Of a stretch of 64,000 nt of DNA, positions 38,778 through 47,580 are shown piece by piece (within the stretch, counting starts at the first letter, position 1; the number at the start of each line of letters is the position of its first letter). Below the pieces are notes generated by a model, which did no database searches, was not told the DNA's origin, and saw only the letters and a list, made by a program, of their open reading frames with translations. Source of the stretch: an uncultured Gammaproteobacteria bacterium (GTDB taxonomy: Bacteria; Patescibacteriota; Microgenomatia; UBA10105; UBA927); the NCBI GenBank assembly GCA_964621305.1, contig CAZUOM010000003.1, forward strand, positions 14,589 through 78,588, given 5' to 3'. Both the position numbers and the translations under genes were made by a program.

Positions 38778-41317
38778 AGAGACAATTGCGGCACTAGTTT
38801 AATCAGAAAGACATCAATATTCAGCGGTAATTCTCCAAATTCTAGAGAAATTTCGGTCAGATACTTATCAAACATCTGCCCTGAGGCTGCGAATATTTCT
38901 CCTTCGGGAATCTTTACTCTCACCTCTTGTGGTTGCAATTGTACCTTAAACCGAAAGTACAGCTCCTGCGAGTTTTGTTTCGGGCTATCTTTGTTCGTGT
39001 TCCAGCGAAGTTTTGCCCAAAAAGTATCCAGACCAGCCTTTTTTGCATAAGCAAAATCATCATAAGAAGCCATAAAAGAGAATGTGTCTAAGAAATCTTT
39101 TAAAAGCTGGTCGCGGCTGATGTACAAATTTAATACCGCCCTGGCTCCATCAGTAATAACCTCAAACTCATCGAGGAGGGCGAAGTTTCCGGTCTGGGTT
39201 GTATGGAGATCCATTTTTATATATCGAGCCCTGATTGGCCCATCTAGTATATCAAGCCTGCTATCTTTTTTATTATTTGAAATCTCCAAAACCTTTTCCC
39301 AATTAATTCCATCCAAAGAGGCCGAGTAGGTATAGGTTGAAGGAGTTCTGCCCACACCCGGTTGCGAACCCCAGGCCAATGCTGCCACATTTAGCTCTCT
39401 ACCTAAGTCGACCTTTATCCAAGCGGGTACTGCGTCAACAATCCAAGAGGATCTTTCGCCAACGTTCCCATCTATTAAGTTTTCCGGTAAAACATGTAAA
39501 AAGGGTTCTCCCGGTCTTTGAGACAAAGTATTTGCTGTGTTCACTTTCGCGGTTTTCAAATACCTGGCGCGGTCAATTGAATAATCCACTAAAGCCCTAA
39601 ACTTTTTACTGTCCGGTCGAGATCCCTGCTTAAAAATGCCAAAACTGGAACTCATATTTATTTCTGCTAAGTAGGGAGTTTCGACAAATGGGACACCATC
39701 AGTTTTCGCAATATAGGTACTCCTGTCGCTTTCGGCCGGCTCGAGGAAATATGTCCCCTGCTTAGCCAGTACGGTTCTTGCTTCTTTTGTCCTGTTAATA
39801 ATGCCCTCGTTGCTGTTATAATCTAGAAAGATAACGCTAGACAAATCGAGCTTGCCTTCTTTTACCTTCTTTAAGACTGCTGCGATTTGAGATTCAATTC
39901 GATAAGGCTCATCTGCCAGGTTTGGGTATTGTTTGTCTTTCACAAAGGACCACTCATATAAGAAATCATTTAAACCTGAAGCGTGAGGGTAGATGTAAAA
40001 AACTACACCATCCGGCAGTGACGGAAACTCCTTTGAAAATTGAGAATTAAATCTCTTTGGCTCCGAATACGTTGACAGGTAAGCTTCGGATTGAATTTTA
40101 TGAAGATGATAAAGTTGCACTCCCAAATAAAAAGTGACTGCTGTGGCGAGTATTTTATGGGTTCCAATTTTTGCCGCTTTCTTTTGAAGTTTTTTAGACA
40201 AAAAGATCAGAAAGTATGCCAAAAGGACAGAGGTGCCTGCAAACGCAAAGTAGCCATAGCGCATCGTGATGAATTTATAATCTCGTGACAGAAATTCTTC
40301 CGTGTAAGGTATTGCCATCGCCACAAATGTAATAAAGCAAGCAACCCAACCGGTAAACAATAGGGGAAGACAAATATCTTTCTTCTTTTTACGCAGTAAA
40401 TAAAGAGCGTAGCTTAATAAAGAAATTGTCACCCACCCTATAAATGGAAAGAAGTACTTGTTAAGAAAGTTTGCATTCACAAATGTTTTTAAACTCTCTC
40501 TAACATCATTGAGAATTGGATAGGGAACTGCTTGTGGTGATATGAGCTTCCCAATCGTTAACAAAATAGACTTGAAATACACAAAGTACAATCCGTCTGC
40601 GATGAGCTTTACGCGCATTTTAACGTTGCTGTCAGCAAAGTCTCCGGGTATGCCTCCGTACCAGGATCGAATCATAAGAAACGCAAAGACAGAAAGATAG
40701 AAGGGAAACTGTCTTATGACAATTTTGTAAAGTACTTTCTTAGAAAAAGCGTCTTTGGTATTAATAAAGTCATAAAGAGTGATAATTGCTACAATTACTA
40801 AACCCGTTTCCCTGGTGAAAAAGGCCAAGAAAGAAAAAAACATAGACAACAATAGGTTCCACGAGCTTCCATTCTTTCTGTAATCTATAAATTTAATTAG
40901 TGCCAAGGACATAAAAATCAAAAGGAGCGGGTAATAGGAATTAAAACTACCCCAGGTAAGAACGTCGTTGTAGGCAGTGTTTGCAACGAAAATAAGACTT
41001 GAAATAAAAGATAGTTGTCTATTTTTTGTTAGGATTTCCACGAGCCTAAAGAGAGTCAAGGCTGCGACAATGTGTAGGACTAAGCTAGTCAGGTACCAGC
41101 CGCTGGGATTCCAGCCGAAAATTTTCCAATCCAAATAATATAAAAAACTGTGGCTCTTAATGAGATTTACAAGAGTATGCGGAGTTGACCCCATCAGCCA
41201 AGATGTTTCAAAACCTTTAAGAAACCAAAAATCCAGAGTCCGATGCCAAGCAATCAAACCGGTAAGTATAATGGCTATCGGGTATATAAATGGAGAGTTA
41301 AAAATTCTTTTTAACAT
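38774..41317 (-). CDS. GT-C-like membrane protein with C-terminal discoidin (F5/8 type C, CBM32-like) domain
   Basis: Polytopic N-half (FGWNP..WY.TSL.LH, TRE). C-part NLIDG....SW....PAWIKVDLG...SLDG.NW...ARYIK...LDEFEV. Confidence 0.75.
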   Translation of the reverse strand: MLKRIFNSPFIYPIAIILTGLIAWHRTLDFWFLKGFETSWLMGSTPHTLVNLIKSHSFLYYLDWKIFGWNPSGWYLTSLVLHIVAALTLFRLVEILTKNRQLSFISSLIFVANTAYNDVLTWGSFNSYYPLLLIFMSLALIKFIDYRKNGSSWNLLLSMFFSFLAFFTRETGLVIVAIITLYDFINTKDAFSKKVLYKIVIRQFPFYLSVFAFLMIRSWYGGIPGDFADSNVKMRVKLIADGLYFVYFKSILLTIGKLISPQAVPYPILNDVRESLKTFVNANFLNKYFFPFIGWVTISLLSYALYLLRKKKKDICLPLLFTGWVACFITFVAMAIPYTEEFLSRDYKFITMRYGYFAFAGTSVLLAYFLIFLSKKLQKKAAKIGTHKILATAVTFYLGVQLYHLHKIQSEAYLSTYSEPKRFNSQFSKEFPSLPDGVVFYIYPHASGLNDFLYEWSFVKDKQYPNLADEPYRIESQIAAVLKKVKEGKLDLSSVIFLDYNSNEGIINRTKEARTVLAKQGTYFLEPAESDRSTYIAKTDGVPFVETPYLAEINMSSSFGIFKQGSRPDSKKFRALVDYSIDRARYLKTAKVNTANTLSQRPGEPFLHVLPENLIDGNVGERSSWIVDAVPAWIKVDLGRELNVAALAWGSQPGVGRTPSTYTYSASLDGINWEKVLEISNNKKDSRLDILDGPIRARYIKMDLHTTQTGNFALLDEFEVITDGARAVLNLYISRDQLLKDFLDTFSFMASYDDFAYAKKAGLDTFWAKLRWNTNKDSPKQNSQELYFRFKVQLQPQEVRVKIPEGEIFAASGQMFDKYLTEISLEFGELPLNIDVFLIKLVPQLSL

Positions 41318-41430
41318 AATAGATCGATAAAAACATCGATGATTTTTTGGATTTCCCTGCCGGTCAATTCCGGATTATTTCCAATATACAACCCCTGTCC
41401 GCGAACAAGTCTTGCATCGGGAACCTTGTC
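41311..41430 (-). pseudogene. 3' relic of a second ColD/DegT gene
   Basis: Translates DKVPDARLVRGQGLYIGNNPELTGREIQKIIDVFIDLLC*, matching the C-terminus of 27354..28544 (PNARLIHEQGLYFGNNPELTKKEMDTIVHVFTDL*). Confidence 0.85.
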
Positions 41431-42216
41431 TTAAACTTTTTGCATCACGACGTGGTAGGCGGAAGCAAATCTTTCGTCTTGATCCAAACGGTCTAATAAA
41501 AACCCCATACAATTCATCAAGAAAAATATTAAAGGGGACACTAAAAGCAAAACAATTTTTGTCATGGCCCTTCCTTCGAGTATTTTTCTTACTATATATT
41601 GATTTACAAGTATAGCCAGCGTTGTCCCAAAAAATGAATAAGTGTAAATTCTTTTCACTTTTAATCCGGATTTTCTTGCCAACTGCCGGTAGCCGCCCCT
41701 GGTTATTCTTTGGAAATCGCTGTCGATACCGCCATGCTCCCGATAAATAAACGGAGAAACGGTTAAACACCTTCCGCCTTTTTTAAGAACTCTGGCAGCC
41801 TCGCGGAAAAATTTTTGAATATCAGAGATATGTTCCGCCACTTCAAAGCTTGCGTAAGTATCAAAGGTTTTATCTTTAAAGGGCAGCGTGAGGGCATCAC
41901 AAACTAGGTCTATTTTTTGAGGGTCCTTAGTTCTCCCGTATAGTATCTCGGTGATGACTCCAAATTTATGCGCCTCCTCCTTTTGTGTCTTAAATTGCTT
42001 ATCCCACGAAGATGAGTCTGTTGCTATATATTCTCTAACCCGCTTGTTCCTAGCTAATATTCTTTCTTTTTTCTCACAATTTCCAGCCCCCGTTTCCAAA
42101 ACTTTTCCCTTAAAATATTTAATCAGTTCATTATTTCCCTTCTCCTTGTTCCTAAAATCAAGCCAGTGAGGATAAAAAGGGGTCGCGACAAAAGTGGTAA
42201 GTAGCGCTCTTATCAT
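41431..42216 (-). CDS. Class I SAM-dependent methyltransferase
   Basis: VLETGAG, DAL.LPF....FD, EV.EH, RVLKKGG, PF.Y.EH....DF.R. Confidence 0.88.
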   Translation of the reverse strand: MIRALLTTFVATPFYPHWLDFRNKEKGNNELIKYFKGKVLETGAGNCEKKERILARNKRVREYIATDSSSWDKQFKTQKEEAHKFGVITEILYGRTKDPQKIDLVCDALTLPFKDKTFDTYASFEVAEHISDIQKFFREAARVLKKGGRCLTVSPFIYREHGGIDSDFQRITRGGYRQLARKSGLKVKRIYTYSFFGTTLAILVNQYIVRKILEGRAMTKIVLLLVSPLIFFLMNCMGFLLDRLDQDERFASAYHVVMQKV

Positions 42217-42218
42217 TG

Positions 42219-43391
42219 TTATACACCTAGCGTTTTTCCCAGTGCCTCTGCAAAAATTTTATTCCAATCGAAGTTGACAGCGTATTGTACTGCGTTGGCC
42301 GAATAGCTGTCTAATTTAGACCTGTTTCCTAATAACTCTTCTATTTTCCGGGCTACTGAATCTACGTTGTATCTGGCTATTAATCCGCACCTCTTCTTGG
42401 CTAATTGTTTAGCTATTGGCGGTACGTCTGTCAAAATTACAGGGAGGCCTGCGGCAAGATAGCTTTTTATTTTTCCGGGGTCTGTAAAATAGGTAAAACT
42501 GTCTGGCGCGGGTTCATAAGTAGCTACCGAAAGAGTACTTTTTGCCAACTCCTCCTCAATTTTTTTATGGTTTTTGATAAAACCAAGAAAGGAAACCTGA
42601 TTTTGTAAATTGTTTTTTTTAACTCTTCTCCTGAGATCTTGTTCATAAGGACCGGTGCCGATAGCATAAAGGTGTACTCCCGGAAATTTTTTAGAAACCT
42701 TAGTAATTGCATCGATAACGACTTGAAGCCCTTGTTTTTTTATGAGGTGGCCCAAAAAGACAATTCGATCTTTTTCTTTTTGGACTTTCCGATGCCTTTG
42801 GGTTCTCTTAAGCCAGATACCAACCGGCACTACTATGTTAGTTGCGAGTCTATCTCTTTTCAGTTCGTGTTTTATTCTTGCTTCTACGATTTTTTCCGAA
42901 AGATTCCACACCATATCAGCCTTCTTTGCACATTGCGAATCAAAAAAATGATAAAGTTTGTTCAAAAAGCTATTGGTAAACCTTTTAGGGACGTAATCGA
43001 TGGTGTAGAAAACTACTTTTTTAGCTCTTCCCAGTCGTTTCAGAAATAGGCCAAGGTATGCAAGAAGGCCATCTGAACCAATATATAAGTCAACTTTATC
43101 TGTTTTTCCCAATACCCACAGCACGGTAGAGACGGCCTCTTTTAAGTATGTAAATACCCCAGGGAGTTTCAGATTAAGCCCATGGTGCTCTCTAAGTAAT
43201 TTTCCCTGCTTATAGGTTCGATAAAAAGATGGCTTCCCTTCCATGATGGAAAACGGGTGGCCAATAAAAAGAAGGCTGCCTGTTTTGTTTTTTAAATACT
43301 CCTCTAGATCAAGAGCCGGACCACTTGCAGAGACGTGAGAAGAGATTACTACGTCAAGACCCTTTAGGGTTCTTTTTAAATCTTCATTCAT
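42219..43391 (-). CDS. GT4 glycosyltransferase
   Basis: FLGHL..KQG, IGTGP, DPGKIKSYLAAGLPVI. Confidence 0.85.
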   Translation of the reverse strand: MNEDLKRTLKGLDVVISSHVSASGPALDLEEYLKNKTGSLLFIGHPFSIMEGKPSFYRTYKQGKLLREHHGLNLKLPGVFTYLKEAVSTVLWVLGKTDKVDLYIGSDGLLAYLGLFLKRLGRAKKVVFYTIDYVPKRFTNSFLNKLYHFFDSQCAKKADMVWNLSEKIVEARIKHELKRDRLATNIVVPVGIWLKRTQRHRKVQKEKDRIVFLGHLIKKQGLQVVIDAITKVSKKFPGVHLYAIGTGPYEQDLRRRVKKNNLQNQVSFLGFIKNHKKIEEELAKSTLSVATYEPAPDSFTYFTDPGKIKSYLAAGLPVILTDVPPIAKQLAKKRCGLIARYNVDSVARKIEELLGNRSKLDSYSANAVQYAVNFDWNKIFAEALGKTLGV

Positions 43392-43446
43392 ACCAATCTA
43401 TTCTTTCTTGACAGATAACCACATCCGCACCCCTCGTAACTTTTAA

Positions 43447-43455
43447 ATTATATCA
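43447..43455 (-). promoter_or_regulatory. Extended -10 promoter (TGaTATAAT) for the island operon
   Basis: Perfect TGnTATAAT about 55 nt upstream of ATG 43391. Confidence 0.6.
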
Positions 43456-43633
43456 CAGCTTCCTGTATGTCACCCTGTTAGAAGTTCTGGCAAGGTATTC
43501 CTGATTTTGAAATGAGTTCCAGGAAAAGAGGGCTTCCCCCAGTTGTGGTTAAAATGCTAGGATATACTTTGGGTAAGATATTAGTTTTAAAACTGGCTCA
43601 TGGAATGTTTGTTTTGCAACGCCAATTACACGC

Positions 43634-45232
43634 ATGATGCCGTACCTTATAACGTTTTTGATTGTTTTGGTTGTTTATCGCGGCTGGTTTCTGGCTCCGG
43701 AAATTATCGGCGGAGACTGGCCGTATTATTTTGCCGAGACGGTCAAGGAAAAAGCATTTCCCCCGCCCGTATGGGTTTATTGGGCCAGTAACGGTTTGGG
43801 GGGTATTGACCCGGTACGGGGGCTCCATGCGTTTGAGTCGTTTCTTGCCGTGGTCGGGACACAATGGTTCGGATTGCCCTGGCCGGTTGTCTATAAAATC
43901 GGGTGGTTTGGTTTATTTCTAGTACTTTCGTTTGGTTGCTCAGTTTTGCTGTGGCGGCGTGTATTTCCTGATGTCTCCTCGGCGTGGCCCGCGGCGTTTG
44001 CCGGTCTTATCTATACGACCAATACCTATATCCTTATGGTGACGGGAGGCGGGCAGATGGGAGTGGCATTAGCCTACTCCGTAGCGCCATTAGTTATCAC
44101 GAGTTTCATAATTAAATCAGCTGTATTCTCCGGAATTATTTTAGGATTTCAAATAATGATTGATCCCAGAATTGCGTATATCACGATGATCGGTGTGGTA
44201 ACATATTTAATTTCAAATTTTAAATATGAAAAATCAAATATACCACGGAATTATTTTCTGCCGCTAGCGATTGCCATTGGCTTCAATGCATTTTGGATCG
44301 TTCCGATGATTGTCTTGCGATTTAATCCTATCGATGCCATGGGATCGGCATACACGTCTGTAGGGTCGGTTAAGTTTTTTAGTTTTGCGGACTTTCCCCA
44401 CGCCCTTTCGTTTCTTCATCCCAACTGGCCGGAGAATATATTTGGGAAGACTTATTTTCTGCAGCCGGAGTTTTTAGTGCTTCCTATACTGGCTTTTTCA
44501 AGTTTGCTGTTTGGCAGAAAGGATAAGAACATTCTTCTGTTTTCTCTCCTTGGATTGATTGGTGTTTTTTTAGCTAAAGGAGCGGGGGAACCGTTCGGTT
44601 GGATATATGTGTGGTTTTTTGAGCACTTTCCAGGATTTGTGATGTTTCGCGACCCGACCAAATTCTACGTATTGACGGCAATTTCGTATTCTATGCTAAT
44701 ACCTATTGCCTTGGTTTATATTGGTAAAAGACTGGAGACAATTACGGGATTGGCACTGGCGACCACATGTATTCTTTTCTGGCTGTTTGTTCACCGCCAA
44801 GCAGTATCTGGCAATCTGGGCGGGACGTTTGCTCGTCGATCAGTTCCGAATGAGTATATTGCATTGAAAGACTTTCTCGTAGCTCAACCAGAATTTTTTC
44901 GAACGCTCTGGGTGCCGCGGCAAAGCAGATTTGCGTTCAACTCTTCCCTTCACCCGGCAGTAGAAGCCCAGCCGCTGTTGGGGGCGACTTCCTCCGCTTC
45001 CCTTTTCGCATCGTTGCGCGACAGCAAGACTCGTAGGACGTTGGAGGATGTTTCGGTTAAGTACATAATCGTGCCGTCTGATTACCACGGCGAGATATAT
45101 ATTTCAGATCGTCGCTACGATGATGCGAAAAGGGAAGCGTTAGACCACACGCTGTCACAGGTTCCTTGGTTGAGGAAGCTTCCTTTTTCTGGATTTTCAC
45201 TCTATAGGGTAGGTGATGAGGTGGTAAAATAA
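43634..45232 (+). CDS. GT-C-like membrane protein (short AftD/DUF3367-like)
   Basis: IIGGDWP, Y..NTY, NAFW..P, FRDPTKF, VP.EY, R.LW.P, V.YII; related to 29913..33368. Confidence 0.7.
   Translation: MMPYLITFLIVLVVYRGWFLAPEIIGGDWPYYFAETVKEKAFPPPVWVYWASNGLGGIDPVRGLHAFESFLAVVGTQWFGLPWPVVYKIGWFGLFLVLSFGCSVLLWRRVFPDVSSAWPAAFAGLIYTTNTYILMVTGGGQMGVALAYSVAPLVITSFIIKSAVFSGIILGFQIMIDPRIAYITMIGVVTYLISNFKYEKSNIPRNYFLPLAIAIGFNAFWIVPMIVLRFNPIDAMGSAYTSVGSVKFFSFADFPHALSFLHPNWPENIFGKTYFLQPEFLVLPILAFSSLLFGRKDKNILLFSLLGLIGVFLAKGAGEPFGWIYVWFFEHFPGFVMFRDPTKFYVLTAISYSMLIPIALVYIGKRLETITGLALATTCILFWLFVHRQAVSGNLGGTFARRSVPNEYIALKDFLVAQPEFFRTLWVPRQSRFAFNSSLHPAVEAQPLLGATSSASLFASLRDSKTRRTLEDVSVKYIIVPSDYHGEIYISDRRYDDAKREALDHTLSQVPWLRKLPFSGFSLYRVGDEVVK
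44209..44243 (+). repeat. Degenerate heptamer tract AATTTCA/AATTTTA/AATATGA/AAAATCA/AATATAC (ISNFKYEKSNI)
   Basis: Hybrid of the 8616 and 10288 unit types. Confidence 0.7.
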
Positions 45233-45365
45233 CTGTATGGGCGCTTTGGGGCACTAAATGTTCTAAGCCAGGAAGAAGACATCGAAATGTTTCCTCGGTG
45301 GCTTACCACGGATTGTTCCTACCTCCTCGTTTTGGAAAAGCCATAGTTGGGTATACAATACCTCT

Positions 45366-46307
45366 ATGAACGTTATTGTAACCGGGGGCGCAGGGTTTAT
45401 CGGTTCACATCTAGTGGACGGATTGCTTAAGAGGGGGTATCGGGTTGTTGCGGTTGATAATCTTGTTACCGGCAGCAAAGGTAATCTTGCAGATGCTTCC
45501 AAAAATCCCAATTTTACCTTTGTCGAGCACGACATTATACAACTTCTAACGAAACAACAAATTGACAAAGCGACGCACATTTTTCATTTAGCATCACCCG
45601 CGTCGGTTGTAGATTATCAGAAGTATCCAGAAGAAACCGCACTAGTTAATTCGGTTGGCACAAGGAACCTTTTGCAACTAGCGCAGGAAACAGGATCCCG
45701 CTTCCTCTTTGCCTCCACCTCCGAAGTCTACGGAGATCCCCAAGAACATCCGCAGAAGGAGACGTACTGGGGGAACGTGAATCCCAACGGGGTGAGGGCG
45801 TGCTACGACGAGAGCAAGCGGTTCGGGGAAATGCTTTCGATGACGTACTTCAGGCGCGACAAACTCGATATCCGGATTGCTCGGATTTTTAACACCTATG
45901 GACCTCGGATGCGCTCCGATGATGGCCGAGTGGTGTCCAATCTTATTAACCAGGCCATCGGTAACCAACCACTGACTGTCTACGGTGACGGTACGCAGAC
46001 GCGCTCCTTTTGTTATGTATCGGATATGGTCGAAGGCCTAGTCAAACTTATGTTTACCGATGGTATTGCGGGAGAGGTGATCAATGTAGGTAGTCCCGAG
46101 GAGTACCGCATTCTGGACTTGGCGACGAAAATAAAAACAATGACAGGGGCTCACTCAGAAATTGTATTCAAATCGCTTCCAGCTGACGATCCAAAGGAGC
46201 GACGGCCCGATATCACAAAGGCAAAAGAACTTCTAGGCTGGGAGCCAAAAGTTAGCCTTGATGAAGGCTTACAAAAGACGATTGAACACTATAGGACCCA
46301 CCCATGA
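45366..46307 (+). CDS. uxs: UDP-glucuronate decarboxylase (UDP-xylose synthase)
   Basis: HLASPAS, ASTSEVYGDP, YWGNVNP.G.R.CYDESKR, RIFNTYGPRM, QTRSFCYV. TACAAT-ACCTCT-ATG upstream. Confidence 0.9.
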   Translation: MNVIVTGGAGFIGSHLVDGLLKRGYRVVAVDNLVTGSKGNLADASKNPNFTFVEHDIIQLLTKQQIDKATHIFHLASPASVVDYQKYPEETALVNSVGTRNLLQLAQETGSRFLFASTSEVYGDPQEHPQKETYWGNVNPNGVRACYDESKRFGEMLSMTYFRRDKLDIRIARIFNTYGPRMRSDDGRVVSNLINQAIGNQPLTVYGDGTQTRSFCYVSDMVEGLVKLMFTDGIAGEVINVGSPEEYRILDLATKIKTMTGAHSEIVFKSLPADDPKERRPDITKAKELLGWEPKVSLDEGLQKTIEHYRTHP

Positions 46308-46525
46308 AGTCGCAGGACATCCTATTTCTGATAGTGTTTGTTGCTCTTCTGTTTTTACGTAAGCCGCGATTTCTTGTCTGGGCGGGTTTAGTAAACCTCG
46401 CCCTTGCAATACCGCTATTTGCCACCTGGACATTTTTTACCGCAGAGCGACTGACGTGGTATGCGGCAGCTTTTTTTCTTGTTTTTATCCTCATTTTTCT
46501 CCTCAAACCACATAAGGTACAATAG
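46304..46525 (+). CDS. Small 3-TM membrane protein
   Basis: 73-aa hydrophobic ORF, ATGA-coupled to uxs. Confidence 0.7.
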   Translation: MKSQDILFLIVFVALLFLRKPRFLVWAGLVNLALAIPLFATWTFFTAERLTWYAAAFFLVFILIFLLKPHKVQ

Positions 46526-46530
46526 GATAT

Positions 46531-46584
46531 TAGCAGCTAGTAGATAGTAGCTAGCAGCTAGGAGTTTTTCTAACTACTAACTAC
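46531..46584. repeat. Intergenic heptamer repeat in both orientations (TAGYAGM x4 ... CTAACTA x2), imperfect hairpin
   Basis: 46547-46561 pairs with 46570-46584 with 3 mismatches. Lies between TACAAT (46518-46523) and the galE ATG. Confidence 0.85.
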
Positions 46585-46589
46585 GCCTT

Positions 46590-47567
46590 ATGAAAATTTT
46601 AATCACCGGCGGGGCTGGCTATATTGGTTCAATTACCAATTGGTTGCTTCGGAAACAGGGCATTGAGACAGTTATCTTTGACAATCTTTCGTGTGGACAC
46701 AAAGAGGCGGTTGGTGACACTCCGTTGGTTGTTGGTGATTTGACAAAAAAAACTGACGTTTCCGCACTTTTCCAACAGTATAAGTTCGACGCTGTCGTCC
46801 ACTTTGCAGCTTTAGCTCTAGCCGGTGAGTCTATGGAGCGCCCGGCTGACTATTATTACAACAACATTGTCGGAGGAATAAATCTTTTAGAGGCAATGAA
46901 CGCTCACAATTGTAAATACATCGTTTTTTCCTCTACCTGTGCTGTATACGGCACACCAAAAGAACTTCCCGTGACTGAAGGAGCTCCAATTCATCCAGAG
47001 AGTGTGTACGCCTCCAGCAAAAGGATTTTTGAGGAAATTTTGGCTTGGTACGCTTTGTTGAAAGACATTCGATTTACAAATCTTCGCTACTTTAACGCTG
47101 CCGGTGCTCTTTTAGACGGTAGCCTAGGAGAAGATCACCGTCCAGAAACCCACATCATCCCCATCGCGCTTTCCGTAGCGGCAGGTAAGCGTAGCATCTT
47201 TGAATTCAATGGTGATGATTATGATACGCCCGATGGAACCTGTATCCGCGACTACATTCACACCACGGATTTAGCCCACGCCCACATAAAAGCGCTTGAG
47301 TACATTACGAAGGGTGGATCATCAGACTCATTTAATCTCGGAGTAGGGAAGGGTTATAGCAATAGAGAGGTGATTCAGATGGTTGAGCAGGTGGTCGGCC
47401 GCGAGATTCCCAAGAAAGTGGTTGGCAGGCGACCCGGAGACCCAGCTACCATTTGGGCAGACAACACCAAAGTCAAAAAAGTCCTAGGCTGGGAGCCGAA
47501 ATACTCCGATCTTAAAACTATTGTCGAGAGCGCATGGAAATGGGAAAAGAATAAATTTAAAATTTAA
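46590..47567 (+). CDS. galE: UDP-glucose 4-epimerase family
   Basis: TGGAGYIGS, HFAA, GES...P..YY.NN, LRYFNAAGA, GEDH.PETH, TPDGTCIRDYIH. Confidence 0.9.
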   Translation: MKILITGGAGYIGSITNWLLRKQGIETVIFDNLSCGHKEAVGDTPLVVGDLTKKTDVSALFQQYKFDAVVHFAALALAGESMERPADYYYNNIVGGINLLEAMNAHNCKYIVFSSTCAVYGTPKELPVTEGAPIHPESVYASSKRIFEEILAWYALLKDIRFTNLRYFNAAGALLDGSLGEDHRPETHIIPIALSVAAGKRSIFEFNGDDYDTPDGTCIRDYIHTTDLAHAHIKALEYITKGGSSDSFNLGVGKGYSNREVIQMVEQVVGREIPKKVVGRRPGDPATIWADNTKVKKVLGWEPKYSDLKTIVESAWKWEKNKFKI

Positions 47568-47580
47568 AATTGAAAATGCG
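47553..47580 (+). repeat. Heptamer tract AAATTTA/AAATTTA/AAATTGA/AAATGCG containing the galE stop and the next ATG
   Basis: Read directly. Confidence 0.75.

Larger units (their letters stand above)
29600..43480 (-). mobile_element. AT-rich, oppositely oriented glycosylation island (no mobility gene seen)
   Basis: Ten contiguous minus-strand genes interrupt a + strand operon. Spot counts: 16/60 G+C in line 34501 vs 34/60 in line 28801. Relic sequences lie inside and at the right edge. Confidence 0.6.

Noticed and set aside
45233-45346. 37-codon in-frame continuation after the stop of 43634..45232 (LYGRFG...YLLVLEKP*), vaguely like a methyltransferase tail
   Set aside because: Length is compatible with chance and no convincing motif; needs blastx.
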